From positions 15,376,001 to 15,440,000 of the forward strand of contig OZ365118.1 of the NCBI GenBank assembly GCA_977030845.1: a stretch of 64,000 nt of DNA. The letters are read 5' to 3'. A model generated the notes under the pieces. The model had not been told where the DNA came from, made no database searches, and saw only the letters and a list, made by a program, of their open reading frames with translations. Numbering within the stretch: the stretch's first letter is position 1; every line of letters begins with the position of its first letter. The translations under genes were made by a program, and so were the position numbers. Below are positions 39,851 to 54,100 of this stretch, in pieces. This DNA is from Fimbriosthenelais zetlandica. Taxonomy: Eukaryota.

Positions 39851-42800
39851 AATTTCATTTGTTTTTACTAAGTCAAAAACTATAAAAAATATCCATATAA
39901 ATTTGCAAATGAACTTCCAACAGGATGACATAGACAGATACATTAAGAGAGGAACAGAAAGTGAGAGATGCGAGTTAGAGAGAGTGGTTCCGTTGGCATG
40001 GGCAACTTGCCCATTAACGTTTGTCTCGTGTCCAAGCTAGCAATATGACAGCTTCCTGAGTAGAACTGGGGCTTGATTCAAAAGTTATATTGGCAATGCT
40101 AAGTCTATGACTAATATTCGTTTTGAAACAAGTTCCAAGATTGGTATCATAGAACTATCGGACAAAATACCTCTCCTTTCTCTGAAACTTTCAGGTGGAA
40201 TAGAAATGCCCATTCCCAAAACTCTTTTCCGAAAGGTGTAGCACCCTTTTTCAATCATTTGCCATGGTAAAATCTCTTTGACACTGGTATTATTTTGAAA
40301 GAGTCCCTTGGATACAACAAAAATATCTTGGCACGCTCTCTCTCCGTGTTTTCCTACTCTCCTTTTAACTGTATATATAGACTCTTCGACACTTATTGTT
40401 ATTCACACCAGCACTCTCCTTAATTATATGCATATAAATCATATTATGCATACATTAAAGTGTAACTAGTTTACCTTTACACTGTTATGCATACAAAGCC
40501 GACGCCAAAGAGTTTACCATCACCCATGGCAATTCACCAACAAGGGGCCTTTTCGAGTAACTGTATGCATTTTAATTCTGATGATACAAAGGGATGCATA
40601 CAATTAATGAATGGTTTATAAAGTCTGATGGAATTATATGTGAGATTCATTCTTATCTTTTATGAAACAGTCTCCCGATTGAATTAGTTATAACGTCGCG
40701 CCACATGTACTGTTGAATAGAATTTCGGTTTATAGATTAATTTAATAATCTAGTAGTGGATATTAAGAATGTATCATTCAAATCGAGATGAATTAGCTCA
40801 GGACCTACGCCTAAATCAGAGTGTATAATTATGCTGTTCCACTTGCCATCCCTGAATTAGAAAGAACATTATTTTAAAACTTTTAAAAGGCTTTAAGTAT
40901 GGGTGTCATAGAAAATCCAGTGGAGGAACCCAATTGCATTTATGTAGTATCAGGTTTTGCAACTGAAGGATAACTTTGATATATAATGAACAAATAAGAC
41001 TTTAGTATAAAGAGTAATGAATGAAATGCGATCTTTCTTGCAGGTGATGATCATAGACAGAACCATGGAGGCGAGGAAACCATGAAGGTGTCTGATGCAA
41101 CAACAAAAAGGTAAGACAAAACCTAGAGCTTACTCCTACCCATGCATGCTCATAAGATGGTATTCTCATGTCTTTTGTTTCGATATCAGATTCTTCTCTC
41201 TCCACGCTCTCTTCTTTTATCTCTGTGTCCTCTCGCTCTTCTCTCACCCTCTCTCTCTCCCTGTCTCACCAACACAATATTATTACATTTAGTCTACAGC
41301 AATGATTTGATGTGAATTTTGCTTCTTTTAAAACTCTGCCCTAACATACATAATTATGTAGGCATTGTCAGTTGTCGCCATTGCTTCTTCCATTGATATA
41401 TAACCATACAATATTCATCGGTACAAATGACATATCATTCTACTAACACATGTTTGTTTGCTATAGGGATGATCACATGCCATTTTCCATGCCATAAATC
41501 GCTGAATCCCGCCCCTCCAATCTCACAATTAGCTTTAACTCTATCCCCGTTCATTTGAGAGAGGCAGGGAGTATGTGTGGCGTTTATTATTTCATTATGT
41601 TATAAATCCCCCGTCTGGGGCCTTGTCTCCTTCATTTCTCCATCAATAATTTCACACCGTTCCATCTTTCCATCCATCTAATCTTCAAGGACCACGAGCC
41701 AGACCTACACCGTTGTTTTTTCATTTTGTGCCAGCTCGACTGGGGTTCTTTTGCCGTGTGAATGTTGCGATTTTGCTGCAGCTAGCCCTTATGGCTTCAA
41801 CTGCAATGTCAGCCACACCACTGGCAATGCCCCTGCTAGTGCAGTTACACTTGCGGCAATTGCGGCAGAAAATCCAGTGGAGCTACCCTATCCCCATATA
41901 TAGCTCCCCGGTTGGCCCTAGCTCCCTTCCTTCCTTCAGACATTGTGAATTTTGATCTATACAATGTTTTACACTCCACACGGAGGAAATAATGATTTTT
42001 CCATGCTTGTCACCTCGCGGGGGATTTAGTCATTAGCCAGTAGAAAGATCCCTCTGTCACTGGGAGGATAACGCCACTGTTTCAAATGGAAATCATTAGC
42101 GCTTTCCAAACTTGGCGATAAAGAGAATTACTGCTGCCTAAGCCTGGTGCTGCAATTGTGCTGTCATCTGCACTTTGTTGGGCGATCGGGCAAATTAAGT
42201 GTACAGGGAGTGTGCAGTGCACATGTGTGCAGGATCTTACATGGTGGAAGGGTGGGGGTGCGTATAGGATAGGCCAGGGGTTTGGGAGGGTGGGGGGAGG
42301 GGGGGTGGATGGAGCAGGGGGTATTGACTACGCCTGAGGCATTGGACACGCACATGCAATCAGCCCTCATTATGTTATTACTAACGCGCGAAAGGTTACC
42401 AACTCAATCCATCCCACTCAGCCTCAAGCAGAAGGGCTTTCGTTTTAAAAAAAAATCATCCCACCGACCTCCACTGATAATTTTCCCACCACAAAGGCAT
42501 CATGGACCTTGCAATTACATCGAGAAATGTGTACAATTACCTACACCATATGTCCCAGAAAGTGTTATTACATTTTTAGGGTGGCTCCAATGGATCTTCT
42601 GCCGCAACTTTAAACTCTGCTGGTCTTGCTATTTGTGTGGGGTGCTGTGCTCTATTGCGAAAGGCAGTTGAGGCCCTAGAGAAGTCAGCCACAAGGGCTA
42701 TCGCAAGACAATCGCAACACTCGCAAGGCAGAAGATTCCCTGTGGAACAACCCCAAAATGAGAATTCATTAGGAAATCTTGTGAATGGATTTGGCTATAC

Positions 42801-45800
42801 ATGTAGAAGCTTTTCAGTACACATTATCTGTTAGAAACCCACTGTATATAGCCTTGCATGACTAGGCTGATGTTTCATCATCCAAGATGGCAGCCAAAGT
42901 CACGTGGTGTGTGACCCTCCAATCAGATCTCAGCTTTATCTGATTGTGTTGGCTGGGTGAAAGGAAAGCACAGAACATGCGAGATCCCAGTTTGCTGCTG
43001 GCTTTTCACCCTTTTTTCTACTTTTGCTCTGGTTAATTTTTAAACCGGCCTTGAACTTTTAAACCCAGCCATTCCACCATGGCATGATTTCAATATATCT
43101 TGTTCAATTAGCCACGCCGTACTTTAAGACATATTTCAAAATGGCGTTCCTGTTCCCCAAGCGTTCCTACATAGGTCGGAGTACGGAGTGGTCTTTTCCT
43201 TGATTTCTCGCAGACATGCGACCAGGGGTTTGTTTCAAGAGGAAAAAATAATGCAATGTTAGTCCATAGATTGAACATTGGCCAATATAACGGATCTTTA
43301 TTATGCAACGCGCCCCTCTGGCAAGCTATTCTCAACCCTCTGTGCCTGATTCATTGATTCCGTGCCTTTGCTATTTAATTCTCAAAGCTCAATGCTTCTC
43401 AATAGTTCAATCGATGGCTAAACATCCTTCATCCTGACGCCTCTCTGAGTTCACGCCTTTGAAACACCTTGAAATATTCCTTTTGGTGGAGGAAAAATCC
43501 ATTCAAAACTGTTTACACTTGCAATATTCTCAGTTCATGGGTACGGGTAAATAACCTCGCGGGTATGGGCTGTTTCATAACAGAAATAATTAAGTCCTTT
43601 GAGTTTTTTTGAAACGGGCCATTTTACTTTGATATCTATGGATATCCTTAACCAAATATGTGTCGCCAACATTTTCAAATTAATGACACAATTTGACCCA
43701 TTACTACACTTTGCATGCTGAGGGCGTTTCATAAAAATACGCAGGTAATTTCCATGAACAAAGCAATGGCTAAAGGCATGCTTATTGTGTAAGGAAGACA
43801 TTACCCTGGATGATACAATTAATATATTACTTTGTCCTCGGGCTCTTATTAGAGACAATGTTGAGGAAATGATATATTATGCAACAATAAGCCAGGTGCG
43901 TTCAATGTCCATCTTGGGCCCCTTCATTGCCGACAGGTGCAACAAATGTGTGCTACACTTAAACATAAGAGTGCTCTTCCGTACCATATTTAACTGAGAG
44001 CGTCTAATAGTCCTGGGGCTATATACTGAATGCATTAGATAGTCGCATTTAAATAGGTTATCCGCATCATGTCGCATTTAGTATGTTTTCTCTAACGGCC
44101 ACCAGTAACTGCCCTAGGTCTCTATCTCGTTGTCTCTCAACGGTTAGGATCCCAAGGGGTTCATTTCATAAAAAATAATGCCTTTTCTGGCTTCAAGCAA
44201 CTGTCCAAGCTTCATATTAAGTGGGCTTTGAGCCAGGGTTTGTTCCATAAAAACAGTACCAACCTATGGGGTATTTTAAGTACATTTTTATCAAACACTG
44301 GAGATGCTCAAAACTATGGATCCTTGACCATATTTAATAAAAAAATCAGTATACCATACCATTGGCAAAATCACTGGAGTTAATACAGTGAAGATATTTT
44401 TCGTTTTCTGAACCAATCCCTGCCTGTTAGCTGGTATCATTTATTGGAGTGAGTGGGGAGGGGAGGGTAGTGGGGGGGGGGGGGGGAGCTGGGTGGGGGA
44501 AGCCTTGATCCTTGGCCAAGATGTGACGGGCGTCAGTGGCAGTGACACCGCCGGATGGTATCTCTCACTGGTTGACACACAAATGCCATGTCTCGTTTGG
44601 GAGTAGCGTGTGGTGGCAGTGGTGGGCACAGGCACTGGAGCAATAGGAAAGTGGGCCTACATGGCCAGTACCTGCCTTAAGTAGGGTGTGAGGCGACAGA
44701 TAGCTTGGCAACTTGTGTGGGCAATCGGAGGAAATCAATTGGAATGACCATGGATAAGAGATGCCTGGAAAACTATCCAAGAGCCAGTATTATGTTTTCC
44801 CATTAATTGTAAGAGACCATGCGTAGAAAAAACCACAATACTACCACTGGACTGACTATAAATGGACCATTAATAGTCCCAAATTGCCGGAAATGTACCT
44901 TCGATTTTGACTTCTCCCTCTGTTTATTCCGAATGTTTTAACGGTTACACCGAGTAGGCCTAAGTATTACAAAAATGGCAATTCATACATAAAAAGACCA
45001 CACTTTAAAATCATGGTTATCCTCTACTAACCCTTTTAAAGGACAAAATCCAAAAACTTGAAATGACTACGCAGATGAGATTTGGGTGTCATATCTGGAT
45101 TTAAATAGGTCATCCCATGGCGACCTCAGATGAGGGCCAATTAGACCAATGATGACCAGGTCCACTATAGGAAACCTGCCTTTAATAAGAGTACCAACCA
45201 ATGTCATTACAAGGACTTACATGAAGCTAGGGCAGCTCTATGACACCGACGCCATCTTTAATTAGCTTCCCCTGATTAATTATCAATGCTCTGAGGTAGA
45301 TCCAGGTAGATCTCTTTGAAGAAGCAACATTAGCAATATTAATACATCCCCGAATTTCATAATCACCAATGTCTCTAATTTCCGATCCATCCTATACATG
45401 AATCTACCCTTGTAGGACTCTGTATATATCCGATTAGTTCGGATATCCATTCGATATAAGCAGCGGAAATAATGTACTCTTTAATGAAATTAGATTCTTG
45501 CTTGTGGGGGCGAAGAAGCAAGGAGCATACTTATCAGCTGCATAAGCTATTGTCCCGCTGATAGGACCTGAAGCTAATTTCATTGAGCGTTCCGATAAGA
45601 TATACGCGGAACTTCCCTCAAACGACTTTACGTTGCGGTGGACCTTTTTTTTTGGTTAACCCTGGTCAGTGGAGTTCATTAGAAAGGTTGTCACGTAGAC
45701 TCATGGAATGGGAGCGTAGTTTAAGGGATCCAATCCCTGGATCTCATTAGTGGGGCGGTTGTAAGTCGTGATAAGACCAAGTTTATCCCGTCTCCCAGGC

Positions 45801-48800
45801 TGGCTCATGGCTAAGTAAAGAGCCTGGTAAGCTAACCATAGGACGAGTTCCTTACACAATATTACAGGCTATAAAGTATTCACCTGACAAAGCCGTGTCT
45901 CCTCCCTGGACCAGGTGATCCCCCCTGGGGGATGCCGTCCTCCATGCCCTCCTCCTGTGACTCCCTATTATAAGGGTGCGTTTCATAAAATGTGCGTTTC
46001 ATAAAAGTGAACTAATTGACTCGCATCACTCTATAGCAATGTGTATATCCCCTAGGGATACATATCCCCATCTATATTACTATATTGTTAATATGACAAG
46101 GGCGTTGCATAAAACATACGCACACAATTGCACCATTCCTTCAGCCCTATCAACTAACACATCTTCGAACTATAATAGTTCATTTTTATCATAACTTCGG
46201 CACGTGCCTTCTCAAGCTCTTGTCACTCAAATCTCTGCATACCACAATATGGTATTCCATAAAGATGCGCCAAACATCCCATCGTTTAAGGTGCGCAATT
46301 TAGACTGCATTGTAAACAGATTTCAAGTAGAACATAGGCTATAATTGCAGAATGATTGTAAGTAGTATATGGCATCAGGACATAGACCCAGGCTACGGCT
46401 TGTAGAGGGTCAACCTGCGACCATATTACAACATGCGCGTCCCTACTAATTACATGTGAATGGGACAAGCAGGTGGCCGAGGTAGGTCCCTGATTACCTG
46501 TACCGAGGTAAGTAGGCAATGGTCATGTATCCAATCAATGCTTACAATACTTCATGTCCTTCTCACAGCAAGCAAGCCGTGCCTTTCCTACATATAACTT
46601 CATTGACTGCATTCATTAATGTAGAGATGCAAAGTTCTTGCAAATGTCAGACAAGGAAACCTAAGTAAATATGTTGTAGCATATATATCATATATCCCTG
46701 TATATGTGTATTGTTAATGTATGACCTTCATATTATATATATCTCTCCTCAAAACATCATATCCCTTCTCCTACGCAAGGCTCTGTTTTCTGTATGTGCA
46801 GTTTGCAAAAAGATAGGCACAACTCCTTCAAAGAGGACGGGGAATATGATATATGTAATATGTTGTTGGCAATGCCATGGTCGGCTAGAGAATGCCAGAG
46901 ATAAGATGGGGAAAGATGAAAAGTATACATATGGTGTAGAAAAAGGTATTGGAATGGTTGAAAGACTGGGTGTTGGGGTGGATTCCTACAATGTAGTCTG
47001 ACTAGGTTTATACAGTGAACCTACCTGTTACTTTGTTCCCAATCTATCCAAAAGATAGCTGCTTCACAAGTGTATATCAATGCGGGGATGGTCCAATCGT
47101 ACTCCTATATCCTATACTGTTTCACTCCATTCTCTGGCCTTGATGGCTTGTAGGCTGAAGGGAGAAAACATCCACTTTCAAACTCTGCCCATGTGGTCAC
47201 GGGCACTGCTGGGGAAAAACTGAGCCTGCAGGAAGGAGGAGAGGAGGAGGAGAGGAAGGAAGGTGGTGCTTTTCCCTCCCAGACTGCTGGTGCGCTGTGA
47301 AGCATCTATCTGCGCGCCACCACCGTGCGCCTTGCTTGTTCTCCGCTCTTTCCTACTGTTTCCCACTCACTTCTCCCCTGGAGGTGGCTTTGCCAGGTGT
47401 CGGGAGGACTAAAAACCTACCTTTGTACCTGATAGAAGGAAGGTGGACCTTAAGAAAGTGTTTGGGAATTGATTATGTTGTTTGGATTATGAAATATATC
47501 GCTGAATATGATAGCGAATGTCGGGGTGCATTATTTACTATTGGCTTTCTGTTAACAGGCAAGGGTGCAGTGAAACTCATTATGCACTCGCTCCAAGCTT
47601 TCCCTCCAAGCTCTCCCTCTCCAAGCCTTCAGGGCGCGGAGAATGGATGAAGGAGAGTGGGTTGAGAAGCAAGAGAAAGGAGGGTTTTTCAAGGGAGTAG
47701 GGCGGACAGGTATTAAGGAAAGGGATTTGGGAAAAAGGGAAGAAAAAGACTCAAAGGGGCTATGGGAGGAGGTATATGGAGATTGAATTAGGGGGGAGAA
47801 GACGGTGCTTGGGGGGATATGGGGGAGGAATGTGAGAGCTGAGGCTGAAGATGGCTTCAGGTAAAAATGGTGACTCGACGGGAAAGTAAGACTGGTAAAC
47901 CGAGGTGACTTGTATTTTTTTGTCTAATACTCACACCTGAAAAGGTGACTTATTTATGGCATTCTGAGTTTACATCTCAAAGCCAGACGTGCTTGTAAAA
48001 GGGGGCCATTACAATCAACTCAGAGAGCAGTTACTTTTGCTGGTATGCGATAGAGAAAACTATGTATTCACATCCAAATTAATTGTATTTGGAAAGTGTC
48101 GAAATGAATGTTGGTTACAGTCTATGGCCCAAGAATGGGGCCTGTTCCAAAAGAATATGTGCCACAGTATACAAAATCCAGTGGTGGGTATATGACGGAC
48201 TATTACAGCCCATTTGTCTTCTCAAATGAACCCCAGGAGACGCATTCATTATTGCTGCTTTAAAAAATGTATGTTTAGAATTCAAAATAGTACTTCGAGC
48301 AACTCTCTAGTGAAGTGAGTAGCTCCCAGGCTACAGAACAAACGTCATGGCAACTATTTGGGCTTCATGAGTTAGAGGATATATATGAATATTATATACA
48401 AAAAGCCCATCCTGAATATAGGACAATGGAGCCTGACTAAAGCCACTTATTACCCACTGTCACAAAAGGTTGACAGAAGGTCGCGTATTGACGCAACTCG
48501 CTGGGTTTCCAGTCGTGAGTTTACACTGTCAATGCCCTATGGGAATATTAACACCTGACAGCTGAAACGACTCGATAGTTGCCCGTATAATTTCACAAAG
48601 TGTATGGGCGCGTGTATCCGCGCCCCTCAGTGGAAACTAGAAACCGGGCTGTGAAAATGGTATTATGATGCTTTCACACTCAGGGAAAGACCAATACAGC
48701 AACAAGACAAATACAAAATAGATGAGAGTACTAGGACTGGTCGGCCTGGTGTTAATATAATGTGACCTGGTGAGGTATCATTGCACATGATACCTCAGTG

Positions 48801-51030
48801 AGGCAGCACTATGAGATAACTGAAAAAATATTGAAAGTTAATTTCTTTTGCATTAATTTTGCCTTGTCTAGACTTTGTCTTTCTCTGGTGTGAAAACACC
48901 ATTATGCCAATACCGACTCTACCAGTGCCAATGCTTCCACTGGTTAAAAGCATCCTCCAATGGGGCCTGTTTCATAACAATAGCTCTGCTTTTCACAGTA
49001 ACCAATGTTAAGTCTATGAGTTGATGCAGCCAGCACATCTTCCCTGTGAAACGACTCCACATCTCATAATGTTTCGATCACGGCAGTCAGCCGTAGCTAA
49101 CATCCTATTTGTCTGAATATCATTAGCAATTCCTGAATGCATCCAGTGTTTGAGAGTAAAAATACAATAGCTCCGGCATAACTAAATGAAGGACGTCGAT
49201 GAAATAGGATTAAGGCGATATTGAAAATTTGGAACATAATAAGGCTTTTGTCTCCCGGGGCTGGAATTCTTGTACACTTGTCGCACGGCTTGATGTGGTT
49301 CTCCAAAGATCGAGCAAGGAAATGTCCCGTAATGCTCTCATTCCAATCGATTGTGACTGGGAAAGATTTGATAAATAATTCTTCAAAGTTCTAATCCCAT
49401 AGATTATACTGAACGAGCCTTCTGAGCTTGGTTTCTTGGTCCATACTTAATTGTTTGCCACTGGCAAATTGTTCCTCGTCGGCAAATGCAAATCTATAGA
49501 TCTATATAATAGTGGAGGCATTTTGCTAATACATGGTACAGAATATATTTTGCAAATGTTTTCGTGTGGCGATGTTATACTCTTATGTATAAAACTGCAA
49601 CTCTCACGGATAGATGGTTGCATGCTTAATTTCATGCGAGCCTTTTGTGGGCCGGGATAAACTGAGCAAGAAAATATTCATTTTTTAAAAATCATTTGTC
49701 CCAAGATTTGTCCCAATATTTTGGTGTCACTGTAACCATCCAGCATTCAGGTGGAAATGTTATTTGATAGGTAACATTTTTGAGTGTTTGGCAACACGAG
49801 CATGGTAACATTTGTTGGAGTGTAGGTGGGTTCGTCGTGCATACAATAGACACGCCCCTTTGGGGAGTAGAATTCCAGGTGGTGACTTGACGCTCAGTTC
49901 TCAATTAATTAACGTCTCCCCCCGTCATTAAAAATGAACAAACTGAATCTGTTCACCTGTTACTGCAGTGACATTATTAGCCTGGTTTACTTCACTGACT
50001 TTTGCTAATATCACGTCCCGCTAATCTACTGTTTATCGACTAATTATTACTCACTGATGATTAGTGGGTTTTTGCCGTGGATTCTTCATGGTAGGTGTAC
50101 AGTTCATTTAGATTCTGACATGTCGTGACCAAAACAACTCTCAGAACATAGGGAAGAATTCATTCCATAGGCAGAGCACTTCTTTTTATTGAGCACTAAT
50201 CAATAAACTTTATTCCTTGATTGTGACTGAGAAAAACCCCCATCGATTCTTAGCCATTGATCTCCGAGTTTGTTTAAATTGACCCTGGCCCAGGAAAAAG
50301 CATATTAGGTGCTGGGGTAGGTCGATACAGTACTTAAACTATAGAGGGAATGTTGATGGAACAGTGTTATTGTACGTGAGACAGATAATAGTGGAATAGA
50401 GCACCAGCATGTTTGAGTTGGTATCAAAGGGATCTCACTTCTTATCATCTATAGGTGTTTTGGTATGTTTGAGGTAATGATTATTTTAGTGATCTATTAT
50501 TCATGTATGTTTGTGTTTAAGTGCTTGCAATCATCAGAGAAATGGGTGGGAAATGGAAGTTAAACAGGTGGTGGATGTTCTGTTGTTAAACAGAGAGTGG
50601 AGAGAAAGATAGAAAGGTATTAGGATACAAGGAATAAAGAGAAATGAAGAGAGGTTGGAGCATTACAAAAAAAGACAAATGAGAGAATCAATTGAGTTAT
50701 CTGCTCAATATATATATGCCCCCTTTTGACCTAATCACCAAGTAGTCGGCTCTTTCAATATGTATCTAGTCTGCTCTTTTAGAATAACACAGAGAATAAC
50801 TATACTCTCTCAAGTTTCCACAAGTCTATGGTAATAATCCTATCTACTCTGCTATTAATTACAAAAGTAATATCCAGCCCCATGCTTGGCTGAACTCCTA
50901 TAATATGCCTGCCACATTCGTACAATACTCTCTAGGACGACACACACTCTTTCGTCTTTTATGCCGATTTGGCATTCAGGGGGAAGTCGGGAGTCCAAAA
51001 TCGGTAATGTGTAAATCGGGTCTGATTCTG

Positions 51031-51179
51031 CTTGCGACACTACTGCGACAAATGTGATGCTTGCGTCGCAATAAAATTAATATATTGCGGTCCAAGTGTC
51101 CAAGGCCTTAAGGCCATCCTCCACTGGTACATTTTTCAGTGCGACACAAACATCACCTTTGTCGCAGTGGTGTCGCAAG
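51031..51179. repeat. Foldback inverted repeat centred near GGCCTTAAGGCC; probably two head-to-head TTAA-type MITE fragments
   Basis: 51031-51059 versus reverse complement of 51151-51179 matches at 27/29 and extends inward ~12 nt. A 12-bp palindrome lies at 51104-51115 and a second TTAA at 51207-51210. Confidence 0.75.
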
Positions 51180-54100
51180 CCAAATCGCAGCAGTGGAGTA
51201 CAAGCTTTAAAGATCGCGCCCAATGTCAGGATAGTGTATTTCGCCCTTATAATATTCAGCCTTTCCTCCCAAGTATGGGATCATCATCATCATTATTGTG
51301 AGACAAAACCCGCGCTGTGATAATACATAATTACCACCCATATATATGTATGTGTGAGGATGTATCGTTCCCTTGAAATATACATTTCTTTCCCTCATTA
51401 ACAAGGACTCGTTTTTCTTATTGTTCATATCCCAAATTGCCTGTGAATGATTGCATATCGCATATATATGTATATGTGTATGAGTCCCAGGCATTGCATT
51501 TCACCCACGTATTATGGACTTCTTGCAAGGATTGTTTTCGCAATCAAAAAATCTCCATTACTATAGTGATACAGAAGGATATATGTGGAGGATGCAGATT
51601 GTCGAATAAAGCCTGGAACACACTAATCCGATTCTTCTATCCGTCGCCATCCGATACCCTAGTTCTAATGACATCTAAAGATTATGAAATTTCGTCAGTA
51701 GTTAACCGCATAAAGGACTGTCCTAATTACTTGGTGTATTTGGTGTGAATGGAAGTATAGTTTCGGACAGCTGTCAGATGGAGCCGGATAGAGAATCGGT
51801 GTGTGGCTTATCGGGCTTATACATGTATTTGAAAGGGAAGGATATAGATTGTGCTCTAGTACTAATAATGAGGGGCCATTTGAAGGATACACATATACAG
51901 CTCTATAAGGTATATTGAGTATTAATTGCTTTTAGAATACTCCTTTGAAGATGTATCCGAAGGTAAAATACACCGGAATATATTCCCTGAAGTGGCTATG
52001 AGCTAGAGGAAACTTTATCTTCAATATTTCATTGCTATCAAAGTCATTTTTATGAATTCTATGAATCAGAAAATTTGATTCTGGTTCTCTTTTTCAGTAC
52101 TTGGTTTCAAATGATATTTTAACCTGAAACATGAATTCAAAATCGAAAGAATTTGAATCGCACATGCAAGTACTTGATCCCCTGGCCAAATTAAAATCAA
52201 AACCTATATTTCTTTTGAAGAACCTGAAAATATCTATTTCAAATTGGCCAACAAGAATACTCCAATTCTCATTCCCAAAATCTGAGCTCCCCAGCGATAT
52301 TCGAGAATGCGATAACAAATCTCTAGTTCTCAAATATAGCACTGCCTTAGCACTGGAGCTCTACGAAAGTGAACCATTTTTCTTCAAACCTCTCTAAAAT
52401 GACTTACCCTTGGCATCTTGAGTATATGGCGGTATATTGCTTGAGGTAGGTTCCTTTGAAAGCACCTTAGATTATAACTGCCTTGGCCTCGCGTATCCTG
52501 GATGTTTTATTAGCCATATACCAGACGTTTCCTGACCTTCCTTTTAGAGCCTCACTATAGAAGGTCTCTGACCCATAGTATTGTTGGGTAAGTACCAGCG
52601 TAGACTTGTCAAACGTGATAAGTCACCCTGGTTACTGGAAGATACTGAGAAAACTGAGAGAACTCGGACCCCCTCTAGATATAGAGAGACCCTCGCTGCC
52701 ATGGACCAATGCTTTCATGACCCTTGCCCTTGTCATAAGCCCTCATCGATCCAGACCCCTGCCAAATCCACCACCACCATTACTTCCGCTAGGCAGTGTC
52801 CTAGGTGTGGGCTTTGACATCCAAATTACAGCTATCTCACTATATTTTATCTTCACCACTTCTGAAGCAGCTGGCCGCCCCTGTTATTTGATACACTATT
52901 GGTGTCGTGGGACCTATATCATTACTCTCTCTTTCTTCCGTTCCCGCATCGAAAGAAAAACTCCCTAAATTACACAGTCCAGTCGGAGGTTTTGCATTTG
53001 CCGGCCCTTGTGATTTACTGGAGTTGACTGCGCACACTTTCAACAGGTAAACCTTTGTCAGGAGGTGTGACAGTTCATTCATACGCTGTCCCCACCAATG
53101 AATACCGATCATGTAAAATGCATAGGAAAGAGAGAGCGAGCAGTACGGTGATCGGCTAAATGGAGAGCTACATAGAGGGATGTCTTTTTTGTGTTAAGTC
53201 CCCGGGAACAATCTGCTAACGAGCATGTACGGTGACTAGAGCCTGCTTTTGCGATTTGCTGATTAGACGCGGAAGGTCAAGGATCACCGCCCTATTGTTC
53301 AGCCTATCCATGCGTTTTTTAAGCACTGTGCTTCCTTCTAAACAAGGAGGCCATTATGTGTGTTTTTAACCCTTCTAGTACAAAACCAGTTGTGGTTTTA
53401 ATCCAGTATCCCGTTTCTGGGGGCTCTTCTCAAAGGATTAACCCCCCAGCTAACCCACCCCCACTTGACATCTTTAATAAAGTGGTCCTGATCATGTTCC
53501 TATAGTCTAGACTACTACTAAAGGCTTAGATATACGTCCGATAGCCTTGCTTTTCCATTGACACAAACCCACATTGCACTATCAGTGTCTGTGCGATTTC
53601 AAGCCATATTTCATGAGGAATTTCACAATGAAATCAGGGGACAGCCCCCTATTTTCACGCTTGGCTTGGTCCTTGGTGGCCTTGACAAGTAGCGGACAAT
53701 CGGGTTAAAGGGTCGCGTCCATGGTCCAACCCCTCATTATGTGGTCATAAAATAAGATATGTCAAAGGTCAGATTTCCCTCGGGGTTTCAGCCCCAGAAG
53801 TAACACGATTACCTTTTAACTCTATGTATTCTATTTGTGCTCAAGGTTGTTCTTGTTTGCCTGAATAGTTCTAATTTCAACAGCAAAAGTTACTCAGTTT
53901 CCATATGCCACACACTTTTCCTTGGCAATATGGTTTATAGAATGCGTTTCTGATTTGGAATGGGACAAATCGGAAGTAATTTAATAGGAATTTTCCAAAT
54001 TATTGCAGGTTGAAGCAATTTGTCTATTTTGCATGGATGTACCTATTGCTAGAAACATAGACCTCGGGTTTGTTTCAGAAGAACAACCCACTATATTTCG

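Noticed and set aside
19172-52587. Further + strand exon candidates 19172-19229 and 52548-52587
   Set aside because: GTAAGT donors are present, but the acceptors are weaker or within repeat-adjacent DNA, and no consistent reading frame links them.
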